DNA from: Candidatus Latescibacterota bacterium
GTDB taxonomy: Bacteria > Latescibacterota > UBA2968 > UBA8231
Assembly: GCA_965217585.1 (NCBI GenBank)
Contig: OZ244561.1
Location: forward strand, 6,816,001 to 6,880,000
Direction: 5' to 3'
DNA length: 64,000 nucleotides
The notes beneath the pieces were generated by a model that worked only from the letters and a program-made list of their open reading frames with translations, had not been told where the DNA came from and searched no databases. Both the position numbers and the translations under genes were made by a program. Below, piece after piece: positions 55,495-64,000 of the stretch (positions are counted from its first letter, which is position 1; every line of letters starts with the position of its first letter).

Positions 55495-56925
55495 ATGACA
55501 CAGCCTTTTGACGCAGCGAATTGGCTCGGCCGGCTAGCAGCAGCGCTTGAGGATGTTGCGGCAAACGCGAGACCCTCTTTCCCCTTTTCGCCAGAGACCC
55601 CACACTATGGCCCGCTAGACGAATACTGGTCGAGTATCCGCCGACAATACCGGGATCTCGCCGCTCGCGCAAAACACGATCCCGCCGCCGCGAAGATCTT
55701 CGCAGAATCCCACCTCTGGCTCAAGTCCGATCCTGCAGCAGCAAGGGCAATCCTACGGGAGCATCCCTTGCTACGACCGGGACTGATAGGTTTTGGAAAA
55801 CGCGAAGGGGTCGGCTTCACGCTTTCCACGCACGACTGGTTCTACGTCGATCTGAAGTCCCTCGTATCCCATCTGGCCAAACGCGCTATGAAGGATAGCG
55901 GGGAGCAGACAGCGAAACTGCTGCACCGCTACCTGACGGCCGGAGAGGACACAAATCTCCCGGCATCCGAGATCACGCTCTTGCACGGCTTGAAACTCGA
56001 CCGGCGCTTCGATCTTGGCAGCGAAGCCTATCTGGCACCCTACGAGGACGCCAAGGCGACGTACGGCCTGCCCGACGAACCCGAGAAGCGGCTTAACGAC
56101 GCTGGCCGAAACCCAAGTCGGTCGAACCGTCCCGTGAGCACTACTGTGCTCGTGCGTGGTCTAAGTTGGGGGCCAGGCGTCGCACCCCCTCCGGACGATG
56201 ACGATTCTTCCAATAAGTCCCGCCGATCTTGCGCCCCGAAAGTCAAGTACCGCTTTCCCGGCGACTACGAGATCGACCTTGCGGATCGATTTCCCGACGA
56301 CAACAAAGTCCTAGTGGATCTGCTGTCGATCGCAACGAGGAGTCCGCTGATCTCCCACACGAGCTTTGTCCGCGTCGCCAAGTGGGTAGAGGAGCTTGAT
56401 CCCAACTTCGCGTTCAGTTCTCGTAGCGCCTCCGCCTCCTTGCCCGACGCATCGCCCAAGGAACACCAACTCTGCCAGCATGACGCGGCAGCTTTCGTTA
56501 CATTGGCCAGCCGCTGGTGCGCTTATCGAGGCAGGCGCGATGTTATCGACATTGCGATCCGTCGGCTCGCCGCCTCTTTCGCCCGGGTCGGCGGGCCATT
56601 TAGTACGGAGGACCGAATCCTCGACGTCTCCATCGCCTTGGAGATCATGTACGGTCCAATCAAACAAAAACTGACCCACCAACTGGCGACCCGGGCAGAA
56701 CGACTGCTCGGCCCAAGCACCGACCAACGCGGCTGGATATCCAACAGAGTAAAGTCCTTCTATGGAGTCCGTTCGGCCATCGTGCATGGGCAAAAGAAGA
56801 TCAAAGGCGGCCGACGCGCTATCGACGAGGTGCTGGAGGACGGTCGCGATCTAGCTTGCCTCACGCTCTCAGAATTGCTATCCCGAGGGCCAGTAAGGGA
56901 TTGGGACAAGCTCGCGGACGCGTGA
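55495..56925 (+). CDS. Protein with C-terminal Apea-like HEPN domain
   Basis: RILDVSIALEIMY...FYGVRSAIVHG (R-X4-H). Start uncertain (55420-55495). Confidence 0.75.
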   Translation: MTQPFDAANWLGRLAAALEDVAANARPSFPFSPETPHYGPLDEYWSSIRRQYRDLAARAKHDPAAAKIFAESHLWLKSDPAAARAILREHPLLRPGLIGFGKREGVGFTLSTHDWFYVDLKSLVSHLAKRAMKDSGEQTAKLLHRYLTAGEDTNLPASEITLLHGLKLDRRFDLGSEAYLAPYEDAKATYGLPDEPEKRLNDAGRNPSRSNRPVSTTVLVRGLSWGPGVAPPPDDDDSSNKSRRSCAPKVKYRFPGDYEIDLADRFPDDNKVLVDLLSIATRSPLISHTSFVRVAKWVEELDPNFAFSSRSASASLPDASPKEHQLCQHDAAAFVTLASRWCAYRGRRDVIDIAIRRLAASFARVGGPFSTEDRILDVSIALEIMYGPIKQKLTHQLATRAERLLGPSTDQRGWISNRVKSFYGVRSAIVHGQKKIKGGRRAIDEVLEDGRDLACLTLSELLSRGPVRDWDKLADA

Positions 56926-56994
56926 GAATAACTCTCGCCAAGCAGGTAGCAATTAACTTCTGCCCGCTATCAATACCTTCAATGGAGATACGAG

Positions 56995-59217
56995 ATGGGA
57001 ACTAGCAGACTTTTTTCTTTATCGTTCCTAATCCTATTTTTTATCGCAACCAACTCACCTGCACAAGACGCAAAGGTCGATTTTTCCGGGGTTTGGTATC
57101 TACAGAAGGACAGGAGTGAACCCTCCGATATCGGCGGCCGGATGGCTTCTCTTAAGCTCGTCGTTATCCAAGAGCAAGACGATATAGCGATCGACCGAAT
57201 GTATAATAGCTTCACCGTCTATGAAAACTTCCCCCTCGATGGCACAGAAATCCCATCCGAATTCAGAAACTCCCCGCGCCTATCCAAAGCCAACTGGAGC
57301 GCAGACGGACAAAGCCTCCTCATCGCAGCCAAAACCACCTTTCGTCGCCGAGGCAATGAATTCGAAGTCGCTACGAGCGAAACGTGGAGTCTGCAAGAAG
57401 ACGGGCAAGTATTAGCCATCGAGTATGCATCCACTTCCCCCCGGCGCGAGACCAAAGCAACACTGATCTACACCCAAGACGAACCCGTGGGTCCGCGAGA
57501 ATTCATACCGCCAAATTTCAACTTTTATTCGATCAACCCAAGCCGCAAAGCAAAATCATTGGGCTGGGCCCAAGAACGCGTCGCGGAGGATCTCGGACGC
57601 GGCATGGTGGCCATCACCAGCGGCGAGGGCCAGATCTACTTGGGCTGGCGGTTGCGCCAACAAGACCCCGAGGACATCGCCTTCAACGTCTATCGCGCGA
57701 CCAACGGCGGCAAAGCCATAAAACTCAATACTGCACCTCTAAAAGAAACTACGGATTTCGCAGACGCTACGGCTCCCCTAGATCGGCAGAACACTTGGTG
57801 GGTACGGCCGATTATAGCAGGGCAGGAACAACAGCAGGAGGCGACCGCGTCCGCCACGTTGCTGGCCAATGCTCCCGCGCGACAATACATCTCAATCAAG
57901 CTGCGCGACGACTTGCCCGAAGACGGAATCCACAAAATCGGCATCGGCGACCTCGATGGCGACGGCGAATACGATTTCGTCGTCAAGCGCCCCAGGGGCC
58001 GGGTGGATCCGGGCATTCCGCGCCCCAGCCCGGACACCTTCAAAGTTGAAGCGTATAAACGCGACGGGACCTATCTATGGCGCAACGACTTGGGCTGGTC
58101 CATCGAGCTGGGTACCTGGACCTCGCCGATGATCGTGTACGATTTCAACGGCGACGGCAAAGCCGAGGTTGCCCTGAAGACCGGCGAGGGGGATCCGCGC
58201 GGAGCCAGCGAGCGCATCCTCACCGGACCAGAATACTGCTCCGTCTGGAATGGCGAGACCGGTGCGGAAATCGCCAAAGTAGCTTGGATCGCACGGGGCA
58301 AACCCAGCGATTGGGGCGACGACGTGGGCAACCGCATGAACCGCAATATGCTGGGCGTGGCCTACCTCGACGGCAAAACCCCCAGCCTGCTCGTACTGCG
58401 CGGGATCTACGGCCTGATGAAAGTAGAAGCCTGGCTTTTACAAGACGCACAACTCGATAAAGCCTGGAGCTGGACCAACGAAAGCGCCGGCTGGAAGTAC
58501 CAGGGTCAGGGGCAGCACAGTATTCACGTCGCCGATATTGACAATGACGGTCGCGACGAAATCCTCAACGGCTCGCTGGCCATCGACAACGACGGCCGCA
58601 CTATGTGGAGCACCGGCTTGGGCCACGGGGACCGGTTCTACGTAACGGATATAGATCCCGAGCGCCCCGGCCTCGAAGTGTGGTACAGCTATGAGGACCC
58701 CCACCCGCAGAACGGGGTCAGTCTCTGGGACGCTCACACCGGCAACCTCATTTTCGGCACCGACAGCGAAACGATCGACAACGAGATCGACCGCGCCCTC
58801 GTCGGCGACATTGACCCCGCCTATCCGGGTATGGAAGTCTGGGCGGACCGCTTTTTTTATACGGCCAAGGGCGAAACCATCCCAGGGAACATCCCGCCGC
58901 TGGATGGTCTAGTCTGGTGGGATGCCGACCCGCTGCGCGAACTACAAACCCGAGGCCGCGTCTCCAAGTGGCAGGGTCCAGTTCTGACCAGCGATATCGA
59001 GGGTAGTGTGATGGCCTGGGCCGATATCCTCGGCGACTGGCGCGAAGAGATTATAACCTATACCTCTGGAGAACTGCGCATCTACACCACGATCATACCA
59101 GCCATCGACCGCCGCGTCTGTCTTATGCAAGATCCACTCTATCGGATCGACGTGGCTTTAAAGGCGATGGGGTACGACCAAGTACCGATGACTAGTTATT
59201 ATCTCGGCAGCGACTGA
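56995..59217 (+). CDS. Rhamnogalacturonan lyase family PL11 (YesW/YesX-like) with an extra N-terminal beta domain
   Basis: LGWRL...FNVYR; GDLDGDGEYD; GQGQH; GHGD; ADILGDWREE; LMQDPLYR. Confidence 0.85.
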   Translation: MGTSRLFSLSFLILFFIATNSPAQDAKVDFSGVWYLQKDRSEPSDIGGRMASLKLVVIQEQDDIAIDRMYNSFTVYENFPLDGTEIPSEFRNSPRLSKANWSADGQSLLIAAKTTFRRRGNEFEVATSETWSLQEDGQVLAIEYASTSPRRETKATLIYTQDEPVGPREFIPPNFNFYSINPSRKAKSLGWAQERVAEDLGRGMVAITSGEGQIYLGWRLRQQDPEDIAFNVYRATNGGKAIKLNTAPLKETTDFADATAPLDRQNTWWVRPIIAGQEQQQEATASATLLANAPARQYISIKLRDDLPEDGIHKIGIGDLDGDGEYDFVVKRPRGRVDPGIPRPSPDTFKVEAYKRDGTYLWRNDLGWSIELGTWTSPMIVYDFNGDGKAEVALKTGEGDPRGASERILTGPEYCSVWNGETGAEIAKVAWIARGKPSDWGDDVGNRMNRNMLGVAYLDGKTPSLLVLRGIYGLMKVEAWLLQDAQLDKAWSWTNESAGWKYQGQGQHSIHVADIDNDGRDEILNGSLAIDNDGRTMWSTGLGHGDRFYVTDIDPERPGLEVWYSYEDPHPQNGVSLWDAHTGNLIFGTDSETIDNEIDRALVGDIDPAYPGMEVWADRFFYTAKGETIPGNIPPLDGLVWWDADPLRELQTRGRVSKWQGPVLTSDIEGSVMAWADILGDWREEIITYTSGELRIYTTIIPAIDRRVCLMQDPLYRIDVALKAMGYDQVPMTSYYLGSD

Positions 59218-59243
59218 TTGATCCCCGAAGTGGAGATAAGTAG

Positions 59244-60740
59244 ATGACTGAATCGAAACAAAGCGCCATGGATCCACGCCGTCTGCAACTGGCGTCGGAC
59301 CCGTACCGTCCAGCGTACCATTTTCTAGCCCCGATCAACTGGATGAACGATCCAAACGGAACCATTTTCTGGCAAGGCAGATATCACATCTTTTACCAGT
59401 ACAATCCCAACGGGGCTTTCCACGGCACGATCCATTGGGGTCACGCCTCCAGTGCGGATTTGGTTCACTGGACGGACCACCCCATTGCGCTACCGCCCGG
59501 TCCAGAGGGGGCAGACCGAGACCAGTGCTACAGCGGTGCCGCGTTTCTCAACAAAGAGGGGATTCCCACATTTATCTATCACGGCTTGCCGGATGGCATC
59601 TGTCTGGCCACCAGCGACGATGATCTGCTCATCCATTGGGAGAAGCACCCGGCGAACCCGATTATACCCAATCCGCAGGCGGGCGATGAATATCGAATCG
59701 CTGGTGCTCCATGCGCTTGGGTCGAAGGAGATACCTACTACGCCCTGACCGGCAACAGCGGTGCCGCTCCTCCAGACGCGGCCTATCTATTTACCTCCAA
59801 AGACCTCGCGCATTGGGAGTATTTGCATCCCTTCTACGAGGGAGGCCGTTTCACAGAGTGGGGCGAGGATTGCGGCTGTCCCGACTTTTTCCGTTTGGGC
59901 AACAAACACATACTGTCCTTCACCAGCCACCCGCGTGGGGCGCAATTCTACATCGGCACGTACGCCAACCACAGGTTCATCCCCGAACGTCATAAACGAT
60001 TGGCACTCGGCGAGACAGGTCGTCCCGGTGTGTACAATGAGGGCTTGACGCTGCTGGATGACCAGGGCCGACGCATTCTATTCGGCCGCCTCCACGAAGG
60101 GCGCTATAGTTACGTCCAACGCGCCTCTAACTGGGCGGGAATCTTTGCCCTGCCGATGGTGCTGTCGTTGTCTGATGACGGCGATCTGCTCGTGGAACCC
60201 GTTCCAGAATTAGAGGCGTTGCGAGGTGAGCACGCGCACTTTTCCGACATCCAGTTGGTCGCGGACGAAGAGTGTCAGCTCGACGTAATCAAAGGGAACC
60301 GGCTGGAAATCCGCGCGGTGTTTGAATGGGAGAGCGCCGAAGAATTCGGTCTGCAAGTTCGCTGTTCTCCGAACGGCGAAGAGCAAACCCTCATTCGCTT
60401 CAACCTCAATCCATGGTCGGCCAACCGCGCGCCGCAAGAGATTGGATCGCTCCGGGAGTTGATTTTGGACGTAACTCGGTCCAGCATCAGCCCAGAGGTG
60501 AGCAATCGCGAATCGCAACGGTGTGCGTTTGACCTGCCTTACGGCAAGCCGATAGAATTGCGGGTATTCGTGGATCGAAGCGTGGTGGAGGTTTTCGCCA
60601 ATGGCCGCCACTATTTGGCCAAGCGCATCTATCCCGCTCGGCCGGATAGTCTCGGCGTACAGCTATTTACCCGAGACGGCAAGGCGACGGTGCGATCACT
60701 GGACGTATGGCAGATGGGGGCAATCTGGCCCGTTGAATAG
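59244..60740 (+). CDS. Glycoside hydrolase family 32-like protein
   Basis: WMNDPNG; YHIFYQYNP; HWGHA; C-terminal LRVFVDRSVVEVF. Confidence 0.88.
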   Translation: MTESKQSAMDPRRLQLASDPYRPAYHFLAPINWMNDPNGTIFWQGRYHIFYQYNPNGAFHGTIHWGHASSADLVHWTDHPIALPPGPEGADRDQCYSGAAFLNKEGIPTFIYHGLPDGICLATSDDDLLIHWEKHPANPIIPNPQAGDEYRIAGAPCAWVEGDTYYALTGNSGAAPPDAAYLFTSKDLAHWEYLHPFYEGGRFTEWGEDCGCPDFFRLGNKHILSFTSHPRGAQFYIGTYANHRFIPERHKRLALGETGRPGVYNEGLTLLDDQGRRILFGRLHEGRYSYVQRASNWAGIFALPMVLSLSDDGDLLVEPVPELEALRGEHAHFSDIQLVADEECQLDVIKGNRLEIRAVFEWESAEEFGLQVRCSPNGEEQTLIRFNLNPWSANRAPQEIGSLRELILDVTRSSISPEVSNRESQRCAFDLPYGKPIELRVFVDRSVVEVFANGRHYLAKRIYPARPDSLGVQLFTRDGKATVRSLDVWQMGAIWPVE

Positions 60741-60785
60741 GGTCTTCGGGATAAGTCGGTGCTGTTGACGACTTGGAAGGAGGTT

Positions 60786-61565
60786 ATGATGAACGATCCC
60801 CATGTAGTCGCACTGCTCTACCGCGTCTGCCACAACGAGTCCGTAGACTACAGTAAAGCGAAGCCGCTTGTCTTGGACCAGCCTGACTTCCGCGTGGAAA
60901 TCAAGGACAGAAAGGCACGGTTCGAACTGAAGCAACACTACCCGACCGAAGAGGAAGCGCGAAAGTTGGTTGACCCTTTCGTGCGGAACTGGGAATTCGA
61001 CGCAAGTCTCAGACAAGCGCCCGGATTCTTCAGGCTCGAATTCAACCAAGCCGAGATCATCGACCGGAGGCCAACTAAAGGGGTCGTAGAACTTTCCGCT
61101 TCACTTAGGGCAGGATCGCCAACTCTATCCGTGAAGAATCTCACGGTTCTGCCTCAGACGTACCTACCACCATCGTCGGGAATCGACAGTGACCACCCGG
61201 ACGTTCAGACCCTTTACCAACGGTACGAGAGCTTCTGCCAAGGCAAGGAATTGCTAACGGCCTTCGCGTACTTCTGCTTGACCATAGTGGAGCACTCGGT
61301 TGGGCCGGGGAAAAAACTCCGTCGAAAGGCAGCAGATGTGTACGGGATCGAAATGCCGGTGCTTGACGAGATCGGGAAGCTCTCTTCCTGCAAAGGCGGC
61401 AGCGAGGCGAGGAAGGCTTCTGGTACCAATGATCCACTTACCCAAGACGAGCGCCGGTTTTTGAAACGCGCAGTCGTGAGACTGATTCGGCGAGTTGCCG
61501 AGTATCACGGCAGAATAGGCGGCTTGTCGAAGATCTCGATTAAGGATATCAACCGCGAACCATGA
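60786..61565 (+). CDS. Hypothetical protein
   Basis: RBS GGAGG before MMNDPH; about 259 aa; no motif I can confidently name. Confidence 0.7.
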   Translation: MMNDPHVVALLYRVCHNESVDYSKAKPLVLDQPDFRVEIKDRKARFELKQHYPTEEEARKLVDPFVRNWEFDASLRQAPGFFRLEFNQAEIIDRRPTKGVVELSASLRAGSPTLSVKNLTVLPQTYLPPSSGIDSDHPDVQTLYQRYESFCQGKELLTAFAYFCLTIVEHSVGPGKKLRRKAADVYGIEMPVLDEIGKLSSCKGGSEARKASGTNDPLTQDERRFLKRAVVRLIRRVAEYHGRIGGLSKISIKDINREP

Positions 61566-61715
61566 TACACGGAAGAGCGGCTAACGACTAGGGTACAATG
61601 TGAGCGTGCCTTTGTCGGTGCCGTGTTCGATCCGCTCGGGTAAGTGGTGTAGCCTAAGCTCGCACCTGTGCCGCGACTGGGGTATCCAGATCTGGGGCTA
61701 CCACAATTGCCGTCA

Positions 61716-61741
61716 CAGCGAGACCGTGCACGGTCTCGCTG
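61716..61741. repeat. Perfect 26-bp palindrome between convergent genes
   Basis: CAGCGAGACCGTG-CACGGTCTCGCTG. Confidence 0.75.
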
Positions 61742-61786
61742 ACGTCGTAAGGGTTAGAGATCGTGCTCGCCGAGCGGAACGCTGCA

Positions 61787-63142
61787 CTAGGTCGGCACCC
61801 AGCCCTTCTGCCGCAGTTCTTCTTCTAGCAATCCCAAACACTCGTCGATGATGGCCAGAGACTCGTCGAGCTGTTCTTGTGTAATGATCAGCGGCGGATA
61901 AAAGCGCAAATCGTCGCCCTCAATCCAGTCGGCTCCCCCGCTAGTGCCCGAAATGGCCAAGCCCCGTTCCAAGGTGAGTTGAGGCACGCGCCGCGACGCG
62001 CCCCATTCGGGAGGAAAGGGCTTGCGACTGCGGCGATCCTGGACCAGTTCAATGCCCAGCATTAGGCCCTTACCGCGCACTTGGCCGACGCAAGCATAGC
62101 GCGTCAAGCCCTGGGCTTTTTCCTGCAAATAGGCCCCGACCTGAGCGGCGTGTTCCACGATTCCTTCTTCTTCCAGCAGTTCCAGTACGGCCAAGCCGGC
62201 GCGCATAGACACTGGGTTATTGACATAGGTAAAAACGTGCGGCAGAGCTTGGCCGCTGCGAGCGAGGTCCTGCCGCATCTGTTCGCTCAGCAATACCCCT
62301 CCCAAGGGCGCATACCCGCTGCTAGCCCCTTTGCCAAAAACAATCATATCGGGCACCACATCCCAGTGCTCAATGGCAAAGAGCTTGCCGGTGCGGCCAA
62401 AGCCGGTGATGATCTCGTCGGCGATAAAGAGGACGTCGTGCTCGTCGCAGATCTGGCGGATGAGGGGATAGTAATCGGGCGGCGGAGCCCCGGCGGCGAT
62501 CCCGGCCATGACCACCGGCTCGGCGATAAAGGCAGCGATGTTGTCGGCCCCTACCTCGCGGATGGTCTCTTCTAACTGTCGGGCGCAGGCCAAATTGCAG
62601 CGATCTTCGCAACCAGCAAAAGCGCAGCGGTAGGGATAGCACGAGGCAATGTGCGGAAAAGCCGGCAGATACGGCTCAAAGGGCGTCCGCAGCCCCGGCA
62701 TCCCGGTAGCAGCCAAGGCACCCAAGGTAGCGCCGTGATAGCCGCGCCAGCGACCAATGATCTGGTGTTTTTGCGCTTGGCCCCGCTGCAAATGGTACAA
62801 GCGGGCCAGTTTAATAGCCGTCTCCACGCCTTCGGAGCCGCCCGAGACAAAGTAGGCGTGGTTCAAGTCGCCGGGGGCCAGTTCGGCCAAGCGGTGGGCG
62901 TACTCGAGGGCTGGCTTATTGGTAAAAAACGTCGAAAAGCAATACGCCAATTCCCGTCCTTGGGCGGCCATGGCCTCGACGATGGCATGGCGACCGTGGC
63001 CCAAGGTGACGTTGCCAGCCCCGGCCGTGCCGTCGATATAGCGTCTACCAGCTTCGTCGTACAAATAAATCCCTTCGCCTTTGACGAGAACCGGGTAGGT
63101 GTATTGCGGGTCGCGATGGAGGAGCGCTGGGTCGGTAGTCAT
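61787..63142 (-). CDS. Class III PLP-dependent aminotransferase
   Basis: SGGSEGVE; GYHGAT; AFIAEP; FIADEIITGFGRTG; PLP Lys in FGKG. Confidence 0.93.
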   Translation of the reverse strand: MTTDPALLHRDPQYTYPVLVKGEGIYLYDEAGRRYIDGTAGAGNVTLGHGRHAIVEAMAAQGRELAYCFSTFFTNKPALEYAHRLAELAPGDLNHAYFVSGGSEGVETAIKLARLYHLQRGQAQKHQIIGRWRGYHGATLGALAATGMPGLRTPFEPYLPAFPHIASCYPYRCAFAGCEDRCNLACARQLEETIREVGADNIAAFIAEPVVMAGIAAGAPPPDYYPLIRQICDEHDVLFIADEIITGFGRTGKLFAIEHWDVVPDMIVFGKGASSGYAPLGGVLLSEQMRQDLARSGQALPHVFTYVNNPVSMRAGLAVLELLEEEGIVEHAAQVGAYLQEKAQGLTRYACVGQVRGKGLMLGIELVQDRRSRKPFPPEWGASRRVPQLTLERGLAISGTSGGADWIEGDDLRFYPPLIITQEQLDESLAIIDECLGLLEEELRQKGWVPT

Positions 63143-63171
63143 GGGTTTTATCCAAGCAGATAGTCTCGCAT

Positions 63172-63423
63172 TCAGCGGTAAACATCCCGCCGATGTCCAA
63201 TGTGTAAAACCGTCACCGTACTCTGCTGATCGTCAATTTCATAAATCACTCGGTAATCCCCAGCCCGGATGCGCCAGCCTTCACGACCCTTCAGTTTGCG
63301 GCATCCTGCTGGACGGGGTTGGTTGGCTAGCATCCGCACAGCATCGCGCACCTTCTCATAGATTCCAGCCGGCAATTGGGTCAATTCTCTCTGCGCTTGC
63401 CGCCGGATTCTAAGGTCGTACAA
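63172..63423 (-). CDS. relE: Type II toxin, RelE/ParE family
   Basis: PRPAGCRKLKG...WRIRAGDYRVIYEID...IGHRRDVY. Confidence 0.92.
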   Translation of the reverse strand: MYDLRIRRQAQRELTQLPAGIYEKVRDAVRMLANQPRPAGCRKLKGREGWRIRAGDYRVIYEIDDQQSTVTVLHIGHRRDVYR

Positions 63424-63425
63424 TT

Positions 63426-64000
63426 TCAGCGTTCCCTTTCGATTTCTTCCACCGCTTGCTCAAAAGGAATCGCCTCATCGTCTCTTGACTTAGCTTGGTC
63501 GTAGGCCCGAATCGATTCTAGCTCCTCTAGCTCCTCCAGTTCTTCCAGCAGATTCTCGTAGCCACCAATTTCGTCGAGCACTACGCCGATGCGCTGTCGC
63601 AGCCGTTCACGGCGGTCCTGATAGAACTTCTCAAAATCAAAGATGCTCTTAGGCACGACACCAAGTAAGTAATTATCACAATAATGCTGGCGTTCCTCTT
63701 GGGTTGAAAAGTGCCTATCCAACCACTCTGCTGGAAGTTGCATCCTTTTTTCATTGTTGATATCGCCTATAAGGAGTTGGAGATTGCCCAGTCGATTGCT
63801 ATGATCCCGAAACGTCTCGATATCTTCTTCGGCTACTCCCTCTCTACGAAGACGATTTGGCGTGAAACGACCATGTGGAAATATATGGTCAACATGGAAC
63901 TGATTACGCAGGTCAACAAAAGGGAACAACAGAGCTAACAGCGTAAAGATGCGCTGGTCGTTGAACTTCATATCAGCAAGTTCTTCGATTTCCTCTTGCT
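63426..64000 (-). CDS. 3' part of a GmrSD/DUF262-DUF1524-like HNH protein fused to an antitoxin-like tail (5' end outside the window)
   Basis: Frame is open to the window edge; HVDHIFP...NRLGNLQLL...NNEK; then RIGVVLD...YENLLEELEELESIRAYDQAK...IPFEQAVEEIE. Confidence 0.75.
   Translation of the reverse strand, partial: QEEIEELADMKFNDQRIFTLLALLFPFVDLRNQFHVDHIFPHGRFTPNRLRREGVAEEDIETFRDHSNRLGNLQLLIGDINNEKRMQLPAEWLDRHFSTQEERQHYCDNYLLGVVPKSIFDFEKFYQDRRERLRQRIGVVLDEIGGYENLLEELEELEELESIRAYDQAKSRDDEAIPFEQAVEEIERER

Noticed and set aside
60786-61565. Second HEPN or defence protein
   Set aside because: The helical C-terminus is suggestive, but there is no R-X4-6-H motif I can support.
61600-61851. 83-aa ORF or ncRNA
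   Set aside because: No RBS or motif, it overlaps the aminotransferase end, and I recognised no RNA family.

Overview
GC-rich bacterial window. Gene content (FlgD/T9SS-like C-terminal domains, SWGxIK-tailed secreted proteins, plant-type LRR, WD40, sulfatase-fold, PL11, GH32) resembles FCB-related sponge/marine lineages such as Latescibacterota; this assignment is inference only. Bases 1-38.6 kb form one minus-strand array of about 25 secreted-protein genes and relics: FG-GAP propellers, TlpA-like redoxins, PD40/TolB and WD40 propellers, Cys-rich proteins and an LRR lipoprotein. They are built from shared leader and C-terminal tag modules and organised into three blocks. Each block is headed by the same cis cassette: tandem CACG-N6-CGTG palindromes, then an 11-bp hairpin, then a sigma54 -24/-12 promoter. 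Each cassette follows a propeller-Y_Y_Y-AAA+ enhancer-binding protein gene (two intact, one decayed). Orphan gene stubs and microhomology scars indicate amplification, deletion and module swapping. Bases 38.7-42.4 kb hold metabolic genes. Bases 42.4-55.3 kb hold an envelope operon of unknown function flanked by a 28-bp direct repeat. Bases 55.4-64 kb hold a HEPN protein, a PL11 lyase, an atypical GH32, a class III aminotransferase, a RelE toxin and a GmrSD-like HNH C-terminus fused to an antitoxin-like tail. I saw no rRNA, tRNA, CRISPR, integrase, transposase or reverse transcriptase. Family calls rest on motif recognition by eye, not on database searches.
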